DNA of 64,000 nucleotides, taken from Anaeramoeba ignava BMAN. Lineage: Eukaryota; Protista; Anaeramoebae. This document shows positions 24,001-38,700 of the stretch, in pieces. How positions within the stretch are numbered: the stretch's first letter is position 1; each line of letters opens with the position of its first letter. Location of the stretch: NCBI GenBank assembly GCA_028826165.1, contig JAPDFW010000059.1, positions 1,550,001 through 1,614,000 on the forward strand, written 5' to 3'. The notes under the pieces were generated by a model, which did no database searches, was not told where the DNA came from, and was given only the letters and a program-made list of their open reading frames with translations. Both the position numbers and the translations under genes were made by a program.

Positions 24001-27000
24001 TTCAAAAACATTTCCTTCTTCTTCTTTCGATAATAATAATAATAAAAAGTCAACAAATTCAGACCAATTTGATTGATTTTCGATTGAATCTTTTCTTGAA
24101 ATTGTGAAATAATTAATGATTATCTTCATATAATTATGCAAAAAAATATTGAATTGATTAATAAAAGTATTGTTTTTCTCTTTTAAATCTTTAATTTCTT
24201 CATTTTTTAGAGAGATAAAATGACTTTTGTTTTTCTTTATTGTACTTTTGCAAATTGGACAAGTTCTCGCTTTTTCAACATCTTTAAATAAAATATATCG
24301 AGATTTTTTAGGACATTTAACAATTTGAGTTTGTTTATTGCTTTTTTTTGTAGATTTCTTTGTAGATTTGCCTGAACTAAAATCAATTTTCATTTCTAAA
24401 AAGATATTTTTTCTTGTTGAAAATTCTCTTAAAATTTCATAAAAGGGTTGTTTACTAATATAACTAGCATAACTTTTAAGATTTAACATGAAAAATTCAA
24501 ATTTTTGATCCTTATTCATAATTTCTTCTTTGAATCTCTGAATATTTTGGAAAAAATCTTTTTTTGATTTAATTTGATTTTTATATGGAAGATAAAAGTA
24601 TTCAGCTGTAAAAGAAAGAAGTTGAAGATTTATAAATTGATATATTTGTTCTGATTCAGGATAATTTTTAAGAACTTCCTTAATTGTTTCTTCTGTTTTT
24701 CTGAAGTTGATTATCCAATTTTGAAATTTATTGCTTTTTGGATCATTGATAATTTTGTTCAATTTCTTTTCAATTAAAGAAAGTAATTGAGTAATGAATT
24801 TATCTGTGAGAGAAATGGTATCAATTTTCCTCAAATTCCAATTCTCGAATAAAACGATCATTTTACTTAAATTTCCTGAATTTTCAGAATAATAATCATA
24901 TAAATTCCTAAAAGTTATTTCTGAATCTTCTTCTTTGTTTCTTTTAGAAGATATAAACTCAAAATTTTGAAGATTAGTTTCACTAAATATTTTGAATTGT
25001 GAATCTGAAAAATTCAAAAGAACTAAATCAGAAAGAAAATCATTTATCCACATTGAATAAACTTCTGGATCTTTTTGTTTTGAAAATTCTTTGAATTTCA
25101 TATCAAGAAGAGGATCTTCTGAAAAAGATTTAAATAAAGATAAAATATAGAAACTGAAAGGAAATTTGCAACTTTGAATTGAAGTGCGAAGAATTGTTGG
25201 AATTGTATGAGAAGGATTGAATTTTTCACAAATGGTGATCCAAATACTTTCATAAATAGGATTTAAATAAGATTCTGTATTGTTGAATTGATCTAATTGG
25301 CGTAAAAGAACATTTGTAATTTGAGATAATTGGGAACTAATCTGTCTAAAACAAAGAGAACTTGAAGATTCAAATGTCTCACCAATAGATTTGGTTTCCT
25401 TTTCAAGATTTTCTATAGCAAGTTTCCAATGATAAAGTGTGTTTTGTGATGGTGCAGTTTCTACTAAAGTTTTTAATTTGGAATAAATTAAGTTACGAAG
25501 TTTAGGATTTTGAGAAATGGTATTAAAATGTTGAATTTGTTGATTGAAATTTGAATATGCAACAGAAATATCCATGAAAGAAGCTCTTAAAATTTGACTA
25601 AAGAAATCCATCTTGTTATCTTGATCTGTATTTGAGTTTCTGTGTCTCTTTTTATGTTTTTTATCATCGTTTTCATTAATAGGAACTAATTGTTTTGAAA
25701 GATCATTCACAATATCAATAAGTGTTCTTTTTGGATGGAAATAATAAGAAATATCAAAATTATGTGGAGGATCTAAATCATCAAGATGAAAGATTTCCCA
25801 TTTGTTTTCAAAACAAATCTTGAAGTTGTTTAGTTTGTCATTTGTTGGAATATGAACCATGAATACAATAAGAGCTTTGTATTCTTTTTGATTTTCTAAT
25901 CGGAAATTTCTTTCAATAATATGTTTTGTATGTCTAAACTGTTCCATAACAAATTTCTGAGCAGCAGCTTCAATTTGGATAACAAGAGTAAATTTTGATT
26001 TTTTGAGATGAGTATTTGAAATACTTAAGAGTTTTTGTTCAAAATCAAGTGATGTTCCAAATGATGTTAATTTGACAATATCTGAAGTATCTTTTTTGAA
26101 ATATTTATCAAATCCTTTTTCAAATGGAGGTGAATATGTTAGCAAAATAACACTTTTGGGATCTTCATTACCTGGAAGACTTTTTAACCAAGAATCAAAA
26201 TTAGGAGAAAATACTTCCTTAAAGTAATATTCACATAATTCCCTAACAAAAATTACATTTGTATCATCTGGATTTGAAGCTTGGAATACAAGATTTCTTA
26301 ATATAATCATTGTTCTTGTTTTAGCCATTCTAAGCCAATATTTGTGAATTCCTTTCAACATATCATCAAATGAAATTCTTTTTGACTTAAATAATTGTTT
26401 AATAGGTCCTTGTTCTAATTTAACAACTAAAGAAGGAATTGTTTCTTGGTTATAACAAAGAATTAATTTATCTTTTTTAATCTCAGAAAAACTTTCAATT
26501 TTTTTGGAAAGCATCTTCAATTATTTCTAAAATTTTCAATCCCATTTTTGTTTTGATAAAATCTTGAGCTGTTAATAATTGTTTTTCAAATCTGTTTAAA
26601 ATTGCAGGTGAAAGTGTTGTGTATGCATTTGTTTTATCCATCATAACAATAATTCTTGAATCCAAACTAATAGGTGTAATTTTTCTTGTTGGACCAAAAC
26701 TTATTCTTGTAAAATATTGACCACTATACTCAGAATAATTTTGATTCAAAAGATCATAAAGAGGTTCAAAAAGTTGATCTTCTTGAACTAAAACAACTAA
26801 TTTCCCCAAAGAAATTGAATTGGCTACATTTTTTAAATCTTGAGTAATTTGGAAATCATTTCGATCTTCATTGAAAAATGATCCAAAAATAAGTTGATCA
26901 TGTTCAATTTGAAATTCTTGAGCAATAAGTGGAAGAATCATAATATTATCTGTAAGTATCATTAAATGACGTGAAATTTTATTCTTTTTTAAGATGAATT

Positions 27001-30000
27001 CATTTTCTGACATTTGAATTTTTGACATTTCTGATTCAGTATTTTTTTTATTAATTCCTAAATTTTGACAAGCAAGTTCTAATCTTGATGGTTTATTTTT
27101 CAATTCTTGAAATCCAAAAATTTCTGTAATTTTCTTTTCAATTTCAATCATAAATTCAGGAGAACCTCCAAAATTACGATAAACTGAATTCCAAAAATCA
27201 GATAATTTTACTTTTTTTGAATCTCTCCAAGAAAATGCAATCATTTTAAGTAAAGAATAGAAATCACGTAAACCAAAGAAATTTCTAACAGATATTGATT
27301 GTTCTTCTTCTATTTCTTTTTCTTTTTCTTTTTCTTTTTCTTTCTCTTCTTCTTGTTTTTGATTTATTTCTTCTATTTCTGGATTTATAAATCTTGATTG
27401 ATTTTCAATAATAAATTGATAAAGATATGGAAGTTCTTCATCAATTTTGGTTTCTCTATCTGTTATTGAAGCAAGAATTGATTTTGTTGTTTGTTTAAGA
27501 CAATCAAAATCAGGATCATTTCTAGAAAGAAGAATACCACGATTAATTTGACTTGGATCAAGTTTCCAATTTGAAATTGCAAATACTGAAACAGGTTCTG
27601 GATTATCTATATCAATAGAATCATTACTAGATCGAGCAGTTTGCATTGCACCTAAAGCATATGAATGATCACAAAGTTCTAATTCTCTATGAAGAACTTT
27701 CAAAGGTAAATCTGGACTGTATTCTGCAAGAGCAACTTCATCAAGAATAACAACAATAAGTAAGTTTCTATTTTGTGCTGCTGTTGTTCTTGCATTTCTA
27801 AAAACACCTTCGATTGCTTCTGCTGTTATTATTGGTGAGCATTGAATATAAAAAGGTTTAATTGCTTTTAAAGGTTCAATATCATTTTCTGATTTTTTGA
27901 TATATTTGTTTTCCTTGTTTTCTGTATCAAGCCATTTGAATAAAATTTCTATTGAAAGTGATTTTGAAGAACCAGGTCGACCAACAATAAATAAAGGAAT
28001 TTTATTGAAAGCACAAATGTATTCAAGTAAAAGATTTTCTGCAAGTGCATCATTTTCTGCAATAAATTCAGATTTTAATTCAAAACTTTCATTAATAGTT
28101 TTCAATAATCGTTCTCTTGCAATTTTAATTTTTTCTTCAAAATCATTTGGTGAATTGAAAAAATTTTCTAAAGCGTTTGATATTTTGAATTTCTTTGATT
28201 TTTCCAATTTCTTTGATTGACTAAAAATTGAATTGTAATATTCCAATCTTTCATTTTGAGAAAATCTGCAAGCATAACAAACAAACAAAGTCAAACATAT
28301 AGCAGGCATTAATTGTTCACTAGTACTAATTTCAGAAAAAAATAATTGACCAGGAGAATCTTTTAAAAGAAGCCATTGGAAAACTTTACTCACTCTTGAT
28401 CCATCTCGAAGAGAAACTGAACTATCTTTATCATGTGATTTACTTCTAACAAAATCATGAGATTTTGAAACAAGAGAAGAGAAGAATAAATGGAAATTAT
28501 CTGGAAACTTAATACTATCACCAAGTTTATTAATTACAGCTTTAACCATTTCACTAATATATAATTGCTCTGATTGATGAGGAAGATGGCCAAAATCGAA
28601 TATGTGATCAAAGAATGAATCAGGAATTTCATGAACTCGATATACAATTTTTCTTAAATCTTCTACTTCTTGTATCTTTTCAGAATATTCAAAAGTTAAT
28701 CCAGCTTGCGTTAAATTTGGATCATCTTTGCTTCTCAATCTGAATGGATTTGCAATTGCTATAAAACGTATTTGTGGTAGAATTGGTTTTCCATCAATTG
28801 TTCTTTCAAATATCAAATTTTTCAGAAATGAAATGGTTTCATTTGGAGATGTATTGAATTCATCAAAAACAATATTACAAACTTGTTTTGTGTCTTGAAC
28901 AAATTCTGTAGCTTGTATCATCATTTTACGTATATCATCTTCACTTGTTCTTCCATGAATACCATAAATCTTCGTTTCTTGTAATAAAATATTTCGAAGA
29001 ATAAACTCAATTAATTTTGTTTTTCCACATCCAGTTTCTCCAAACAAAATAACAGGAAGACCATAATGTAATCTATGATGAATAGCAACACATTTTAGAA
29101 GATTATCACATGTGAGTCTGTAATTCCAAGTACGATTATATCCAGCTCTTGCTTGTTCTGCTATCCTTCTACTTCTTTCAAGAGAAACCAATAAAGAAAG
29201 TGCTTCATTAATCCCAAATTGTGTAATATCTTCAACACTATTAAGTTTGGGAACAAAACTAATATTTCGAGATTTCAATTTTTTCTGAATATCTTTATCA
29301 AATGTATTTTGAAGTTCAATTTCATCTCTTCCAAGAAAATCAATTCCTCTAATTCCAATTTTAGAATTTATATCAGAAACTGAAGGATCTTTTCTTCTAA
29401 ATACACAAAACATTAAATCCCGTTTTTCCCAAGATTCAATTTTGCTAAATATTTTTGAATGAGATTCAATTCTTTGATCTTCACTTTCAATTAATTCTGT
29501 TGTCCAATTAACAGATCTAAATACCATTCTTAATGATGTAATTGCAATGATTTTGGATAATTGATAAGAAAATCTAAAACATTTATCTTCATCTCTGAAT
29601 AAAGGCATGAGTCCTTCTGGATAAAAATTTTTCCATTCTTTTACTTCTTCAATCATTTTACCAAGAAATACCCAAAAATTATTAAGTAAAGAGAATGTTA
29701 ATCTTTCTTCTTTTCCATTTGGAACTTTGTTTTGGATTATTTTTTCGCATTTCTTATAAAATTCTTTGATTTTGTAACTTTGAGAAAAAAGCTCATCTCG
29801 ATTTTGGTAATGAATATTTTGGAATTTTTGTTTCTTTAATAAGAAAAAATTTGCAATTAATTTAATGTATTTGTTTTCAATAAATTTTGGAATTTGTTCT
29901 CCATTTTCTGGTATTTTTTCAAGATGTAAAGGAGATATTGTATTTTGGTTTGTTTCACATTTAACAACTGGAAGATATTTAAGAACTGGGAATATATTTA

Positions 30001-33000
30001 ATCCAAAATTAGAATTTTTAAGTCTTATACTGGGAATTTCAAAGTATATTACATCTGTTTCCGGAAGGATAAATGCTGAATTTCCTCCATAACATCTTGG
30101 ATCTTCAATATGACTGAACATAATAAGAGACCATAGAGCCTTAGACATTTCAAGATTAATACAATGAGCAAAATCTAAATGTATAAAATTCTTAGTATTT
30201 CTTGGAATTGTTTTAAGTTGAGATATAAGATCTTCAATTTTGTTTGAACGAATTAATAATCTGAAATATAAATGTTTGGGATATTTTTCAAATGCAGTTT
30301 TTTGTATCTGATAAGTTTTTCCATTTCCAGCAATTTCAGAAACATAAACTTGGGAATTAAATTCTTCATCATTACTTTCATTACTTTCATTACTTTCATT
30401 ACTTTCATTACTTTCATCATTTTCATCACTTTCATCATTAATTTCATTACTTTCATTATTTTCATTATTTTCATTATTTTTATTATTTTTATTATTTTTA
30501 TTATTTTTATTATTTTCATTAATTTCATTGTTTTCATCACTTTTATCATTTTCATCAATTTCATTACTTTTATCATTTTCATCATTTCCATTATTTTCAT
30601 TATTTTCATCACTTTCATCATTATTTTCATTAATTTCATCACTTTCATCATTATTTTCATTAATTTCATCACTTTCATCATTATTTTCATTACTTTCATT
30701 ATTTTCATCAATTTCATCATTATTTTCATTAATTTCATCACTTTCATCATTATTTTTATTGTTTTCATTATTTTCATTATTTTCATTATTTTCATCACTT
30801 TCATCACTTTTATCATTTTCATCATTTCCATTATTTTTATTATTATTATTATTTTCATTATTTTCATCACTTTCATCACTTTCATTATTTTTATTATTTT
30901 TATTATTTTCATTACTTTCATCATTTTCATCAATTTCATTACTTTCATTATTTTTATCATTTTCATCACTTTCATCATTTTCATCACTTTCATCATTATT
31001 TTCATTACTTTCATCATTTTCATCAATTTCATTATTTTCATTAATTTCATCATTTTTATTATTTTCATTATTATTATTATCATTATTATTATTATTATTA
31101 TTTTCATTATTATTATTATTATTTTCATCAATTTCATTATTTTCATTGTTTTCATTATTTTCATTATTTTCATTATTTTTATTATTATTATTATTTTCAT
31201 TAATTTCATTGTTTTCATTATTTAAATCATCTTGATATTCTTCTTGCAAGTAAATATTTCTAATTGATTCTGGTGGAAGAGGTTCTAAATCCCGAATAAT
31301 CCCATTATAAACACAACTTGCTAATAATTGGAAAGAATTAATCAAACCTGTGCATAATAGAATCATTGGATATTTTGTTTTGAAATCAATAGATTGTATT
31401 TTGAAAATTAAATGACTTTGTTTTTTCTTTGAAAGTTCATTTGCAAAAAGAATTGCAAAACAGAAATTCTTTTCTGAATCTTTAACATAGTTGTGAAACA
31501 TTTGATATCTTGAAAAGAAAATGGAAATATCATCTTCAGTAGTTTTTTGATTACAACAAAGAACATTTTCTCTTTTTGGGAATGATTTTGTATGAATAAG
31601 GAAAAAAGATGTTGTCATATCATAAATTCGATATGAATTTGGAATTTCCACAATGAATATTTTTGGATCTCCGATTGTTCCATCTCTTTGATTAAAATAT
31701 TTCCTCATTTTGGAAGTGAAAGTAAGAAAAGGTTCTTCTTCAATATTAAATTCCTCTTCTTGTTTTAAATCTTCAAATGAAAATAATTTTTCTAATACTC
31801 CAAGATTGAGTTGTTTCAAGAAATATTTAAGCACTTCTTGTTTGTTTTTCTCGTTTTGATTGAATTTATTTGAATCTTTTTCATATTTCTGAAGAAAATC
31901 TTCAAATTTTTTGCTAATAATAATTTCAGATTTTGAAGAGAAAATTTCAAGAATATTTATAATTTCTTGTTTTTTTTTGAGATTGTTTTCTTCTTCATCA
32001 TCAATTTCACTATAAGTATCAGTTTCACTATCAACTTCATCATCACTTTCACTTTCAGTTTCACTTTGAATTTGTTTTTCCTTTTCATTCTCACTTTGAT
32101 TTTGATTTTTCTTTTTTAAGTTTACAAAATCTGAAATTAATTTAAGTTGTTCAATTGAGAAGAATGAAAGAAATTTAAATTCTTTTTGTTTGAAGAAAAT
32201 CTCGTTTTTATCTTTTTCCCATTGATTAAGAGCTTCAATAAATTCTTTTTTTGCTTCCTCAAATTCTTTTTTCCATTGTGTAGAATGAGAACCAAGTTTA
32301 AGTTCTTTTTGATAACCCATAGAAAATTCAAAATGGCCTGAAGAAGCAAGACGAGAAAAAGCTGAAATTGCAGCACTAATTTTAGGAAGAGTTCTTGTAA
32401 ATTTGGAAAAAACTTTGTTTGTTTGATTTTGTTGTTGTTTAATTGAAAGAACTGTACTATTAAATTCAACTAAATTCCCAAGACCAAATTTTGTTATTTT
32501 TCGATTTTCACCAATAAAAGCTTGAAGATAACAATCAACAACTCCTTTATCATTGATAGTGAAGTAAAATCTTGTATCAGGATCAAATATTGCTTTTATT
32601 GTATTCATTGCTTTTTCTTGTGGACTTTCCTTTTGTGAGCTTATCAAACTTTCAATATCTTGAATTCTTGAATGAATGAAATTAAGTTGAACCTTTTTTT
32701 GTTCCTCAGTTACATTTTCCTCTGCTTTTGCAATAAAATCACAGAGTTGAGAAAGATCACTAAGATTATCTTTAAAAAAATAACTTGAAACACGTGTATG
32801 AACACGAATCAAAGAGTTTGATACTTCTGCCATCACATTATCATCAAACTTTGTTGGATCTATATCTCTTTTTAATTGAATAAGATCAGGATATTTTTTC
32901 AAAAACTTAAACAATTTTTTATCATAATTCCCATTTAAACCAGGTACAAGTTCAGAAAGAAAATTAAATGTATCAGGTTTTAACTTTGCTAGAGTGTTAC

Positions 33001-35579
33001 TTATATCTTGATAAATTAAATCTGAATCCTTTAATTTCTTTTGAGCAAAATCAGAATTTTCAAGTTCTGAAAGATTTCTTAATCGATTAAAAGAATCTTT
33101 GTTTTGGAAATGGAAATTGGAACAAAATCCAATAAAATTTGGAATTTGATTTCTAAATCGACGAATATCCATAAATTGGAAAATTTTTTGAGGATCAATT
33201 TCCTTTTCTTGGATTGGATATTGGGAATTAAGATAAGAAACCTCTTGTTTAACATAACTATTATTACAATCTTTCTTGAAAAAACGATCTAAATTGAAAA
33301 ATTCAATATTTCCTTCATAAAATAATTGGAAAGTGTTAGTCCAAAACGAGGCAACTTTCTGCAAAAGTATTTTAATAAAATCATGGAATAATCTTGGTTT
33401 CTTCTGTCTTTTTTTTGATTTTGTAAAGAGACTTTCTGTAGTGATTATTTCATCCCAAACGAGTGTTCTAAAAATGATACTTGGTTGAATTTTTGTTATC
33501 ACATTAAAAAACTTGAATTCTTCTTCTGAAATGAAAGAGATGAGTTTCAAAGAATCATAGATATTGAGCTTACCGGTGTTTATTTTGTAAGAAATTTTTT
33601 CATAAATGGATGTATCTATGCTTGCTTTTATGATATCTGATTTACAAAAGTTATGAAGAATGAGAATTTTTGTTTGAAGTTCTCTAAAAGCTGGTTTAAG
33701 ATTTGAATCTGTGAATTTTGGATCAATAATTTCGAAAATTTGTGTGAGAAACTTTGAATTTTCCTGATAAATTTTGTATTCTGGTGGGCAACATCTTTCT
33801 AATTTTATGTCTTTCTCCAAATTGTAAATGATTTTGTATAAAAAATATGCATTTTTAGGAAAAGAACCAGATTGCGCTTTATGGATATCAAAATATCTTC
33901 TAACAGCACGAATCCATCTAATTTCATTTCTTAAATCTGATCTTTTTTTTTTTTCCAAATTGCTAATAAAATGGAAAAATTTTTGAATTTCTGATCTTTC
34001 TGTTGATTTAAATTTTGGGAGCTTGACTAATGATTCCCAATAACTGCATTGAATATCATCAAATAAAATATTTTGGATAATTTTTCTTTCTCTGAGTTTT
34101 GTCTGGGTTGAATGTCTGTAGCTTTTTTTAACCAATTCCAAGAAATAATCATAGAAATATGATGTATGAAAACCTTCTAGTGTTTTTTTTGATGCAACTT
34201 CATCTATAAATTGTGTATGATCAATTTTTGATAGTTGATTTTGATCCAAAATTTGTTTTTTAATATAGTTTTTAATCAATTTTTTTGTTTCCATTTTTTG
34301 TTTGCTTGTTTCACCAAGAATTCTATCCCAATACAAAAAACGGTCGGATAATGTTTTGTGTGGGAAATTATCAATATCTTTCATAAGCAATTTGACAATT
34401 TCATCATTGAAATATCTGAAGATTTTGTGCTTAAAAAGGAGAAATAAAAAGTTCTTGCGATTAATATTACTTTGGTAGAAAATATACATCATAAAATCTG
34501 TTGTTAATATTTCTCTGTAATTTTTTTCAGTAACAATTTTCAAAACATCCAAGAATTCTTTTTCTTTTTCCATTTCTGAAATGCATTTATACTCAGTGAG
34601 TATGTATGTAAGAATATTATCTCCATTGAGACATATTGTTAAAAATGGGAGGCATTGATAAAGAAACTTGAATCGTGATTTTCTTTCTTTTGGATCTTGG
34701 TTGTGAATTTTTTGGAAATATAATTCAAATGAAATTCTGATTCTTTGTATTATTTCTGGAATACTGATAACTTGCAACTGATTCACGAAAGTAAACAATT
34801 TTATTCTATTTTCTGAAGAAAGAAGCTTTTCTATTAAGAAAAAATCAAAATCAAAATAGGATAATAAAGCAAGAGAGATGATAATTTGGCTTATTTGATA
34901 ATTTTTGAAATCTTGTTTTGATAATTTGAGATCAAAAGCTTCTTGAATAAATTGATTATTATTTTGGAATTGATCTGCAAAAAATTCTTTGAAATAATAC
35001 CAAAAAAACATAATTGATTGTAAATCAATATCTTGATTGTTGAATTGCTTGATAAAAACAGATGTTTGATGGAATAAATAAAGGAGAACTTGCACTTGAT
35101 TATTTTTATCTGAAATATTTTGGAGAATTTTTCCTTGAGAATCAAAAACATTAACGAAAAGATAAGGAAAAAAATCAGCAATAGCAACAGGTCTAAAAGG
35201 ATTAACAAAAATTGAACTTGCAAATTTTTTGATTTGATTAAAAGGAATTGCAAAAACAGAATCTTTTGTTAAAAATATATCAGTAAAATTATTTTCATTA
35301 ATTTCAGTTGTCATTTTCGGTTTTATTTCTTCTGTAATTTTTTCTTTTTTTGGATTTGTAAAAAAATTAAAATAACTTTCTGGAAGTTCAATTAAAAGAA
35401 ATTCTTGTTTTTTTTGTAAAGTGTTTTGTTTCATAAATCCATAAATTTTCATTTTCTTGTGATTTATTAATTGGAATAAAACTTTTTTGTTGTTGAATTG
35501 AATTTTCTTTTGCTATTCCTATTTTTAATTCTTTTGATTTTTTTGAAGTTAAAATAAGTAAAATAATTTGAATTGACAT
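21040..35579 (-). CDS. RNF213: RNF213/mysterin-like giant dynein-type AAA+ ATPase (about 4800 aa), split by two +1 frameshifts
   Basis: Motifs EIAGNGKT, LPVILFGETGCGKTKLI, FDEFNT, LRKIVYRVHEIP, VSLRD, PLFIVGRPGSSKSLS, LDEVALAEYSPDLPLKVLH, SNWKLDP, FFGLRDFYSLLK, LYDLLNQNY and LNRFEKQ match RNF213-family AAA modules. ORFs 35388-35579, 26495-35452 and 21040-26520 overlap at A-homopolymers. Confidence 0.88.
30364..31220 (-). repeat. N/E/D-rich trinucleotide-derived low-complexity coding insert in the RNF213-like gene
   Basis: About 285 codons of NENNE/DESDE repeats, in frame, just before the AGNGKT motif. Confidence 0.85.
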
Positions 35580-35742
35580 TTAAAATGAAGAAAGAAAATG
35601 GAAAAGGAGAAAAAAAATGAATTTGATTTTTTTTTCCACTTTTAAATACAAACAAAAAAAATGAAAAAAAAAATTTTTTTTTTGATTTTGATTTTTCATT
35701 TTTTTTCTTTATTAAAAAAATTAATTTTAATTTTAAAGAATA

Positions 35743-38700
35743 ATGGATATTTGGGAAGCTATAGAACAAAATAATATTGAATTCTTGAATAAAATTGAAT
35801 CAATTCCAGAAAATTATCAAAAAAAAGAAGGAAAACCAATTTTAAATTTTGCAATTAAAAAACAAGTTCCTTTTGAAATAATTAAAGTTCTAATTGAAAA
35901 AGGAGCAAACGTAAATTTAATAGATAGTTTAAAAAGAAATTCATTACACGTTGCAGTTATAAATAAAACAGGAATAGATATCATTAATGCTTTGATTAAA
36001 GCAAACATTTCAATTAATGCAAAAGATATAAAAAATCAAACAGCTTTACATCTTGCTTGTCAAAGTAGTTCACTTGAAGTTATCAAATTTCTAATTGAAA
36101 ACGGAGCTGATATTAATCAAAAAGCACATGAAAACACAACAGCTTTACATTTTGCTTGCCAAAGTAATTCACTTGATGTTATTAAATTTCTAATTGAAAA
36201 AGGATTTAATATCAAAGAAAAAACATATGGAAATAAAACAGCTTTACATTTTGCTTGCCAAAGTAATTCACTTGATGTTATTAAATTTCTAATTGAAAAA
36301 GGGTTTGATCTCAATCAAAAAACATATAGAAATGAATCAGCTTTACATTTTGCTTCCCAAAGTAATTCACTTGAAGTTATTAAATTTCTAATTGAAAAAG
36401 GATTTAATATCAATGAACAAACATATGGAAATGAAACACTTTTACATCTTGCTTGTCAAAGTAATTCACTTGAAGTTATTAAATTTCTAATTGAAAAAGG
36501 TTTTGATATCAATGAAGAGATATATGGAAATAAATCAGTTTTACATTTTGCTTGCCAAAATAATTCACTTGATGTTATTCAATTTCTAATTGAAAAGGGA
36601 CTTGATATGAATGAAAAAACAGAAATTAGTGAAACAGTTTTACATTTTGCTTGCCAAAGTAATTCACTTGATGTTATTAAATTTTTAGTTGAAAAAGGAG
36701 CTGATGTTAATGCAAAAACATATGATGATAAATTACCTTTTCACTATGCTATCACAAATCCTTCTTCATTTGAAATTATCGATTTTTTCATTTCACAAGG
36801 AGTTGATATTAATGAACCATCATTTGGCAATGAAAACATTTTACATCTTGCTTTTAAAGAAAATCCTTCATTTGAATTGATTAAATTTCTAATTGAAAAA
36901 GGTGCTAGTCTTGACCAAAAAGCAAATTTTAGTGGAGAAAAACCGTTGCATTATACTGTGAAAAATCCTTCAATAATTGAAATGATAGAATTGTTAATTG
37001 AAAAAGGTGCTAATATAAACGATAAAAATGAAAAGAACGAAACCCTTCTACATTTAGTGTTACAAAAAGAATTGGAATTTGAATTTATTAAATTTCTAAT
37101 TGAAAAGGGAGTTGATATAAATGCAAACTCAATTTATAATGAAACAGCTTTATCTATTGCTTTTTCCAGAAGATATCCCAAAGAAGTAATCGAATATTTG
37201 ATTTCAAAAGGAGCAGATATTAATGTAAAAACAGAAAGAAATGATGCAGCTTTACATATTGCCTTTCAGAATAATTACTCAATTGAAATGATAAAATATC
37301 TAATTGAAAAAGGAGCTGATGTTAATGCAAAAACAAAAAGAAATGAAACACCTTTGCATCTTGCTTTTGAATATAATTATTCAATTGAGATTATAGATTT
37401 TCTGCTTTCAAAAGGAGCTGACGTTAATGTAATAACAGATGACAACGAAACAATTTTGCATTTAATTTGCCAAAATAATTATCCAATTAAATATGTTGAA
37501 CTACTTATTAACAAAGGAGCTGATATTAATGTTCAACTAAATTACTCAAAAAAAACACCTTTACATCTTGCTTTTCATAATGATTATTCTATTGATATAA
37601 TCAATTTATTGATTTCAAAAGGTGCTGATGTTAATGCAAAAACAGCTACAAATGAAACACCTTTGCATCTTGCTTGCCAAAAAAATTTATTTGAAATTAT
37701 AAAATTGTTAATTGATAAAGGATCAGATATTAATGCAAAAACAAATCAAAACGAAACAGCTTTACATTTAGCTTTTAAATATCAAAATTCTATTGAAATT
37801 ATCGAATATTTTATTAACAAAGGACTTGATATTAATGAAGAAAATATTCATGGACAATCATGTCTTTCCTTAGCAATTCAAAACAAAAACAAAAAAGGAA
37901 TTAAATGTTTATTAATGAATGATGCAAATCTTTATTCTTTAAAAGTAAAAACAATCTCAAATGATTTTATTCATTTATTCTCAAAGATTTATTCAATCAA
38001 TGAAGATATGAGCAGTTTTTTAATTTCTAAAAATTTTTCAGATTTTGTAATTGAATGCAAAAATTCTTTAAAGATATCTGCTCATAAATTAATCTTATTA
38101 GCAAGATTTAATAATGATGAATCAATATTACAAAAATTTGTTGATATTTGTTATCAAAAATTCAAAGCAGATGTTGAAACTGCTATTAATTTCCTTTATA
38201 CAGGATTTCTTGATTTTGAACAACTTAAACAACAATTTAAAAATCAACCTAAAACGAAAGAAAAACAAAATGAACAAATTACATTATGGAATGAAAAAAA
38301 AGAAGAAATGGAAAAAATATTCAAAGAAATTGGATTTGATTCAAATTGGGTAAATTCAAAAAAAGGAAGAAATGGATTATTAAATGATTTAAAATTACTT
38401 TATAAACAAGAAGAAACAAAAGATTTCACAATAATTTGTGAAGAAGATGAAAAAGAAAAAGAAATTAAAGTTCATAAATTAATTTTAATTATTAGAAGTG
38501 AATTATTTAGAGGAATGTTTTTGAATGTTAATGATTCTTCAAATCAAGTTCATGATTATTCAGGAAAATCATTTGAAACTTTAAATCAATTAATTTATTT
38601 CTTTTATCATGATGAATTTGATGAATCTAAATTAAATCAAGAAGTTATTGAAGAACTTGAAGATGTTAAGAATTATTTCCAAACAAATCAAAATTCTAAA

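Noticed and set aside
30253-31235. Overlapping MKIMK/FIIF/SLFS ORFs
   Set aside because: Alternate frames of the N/E/D repeat in the RNF213-like CDS.
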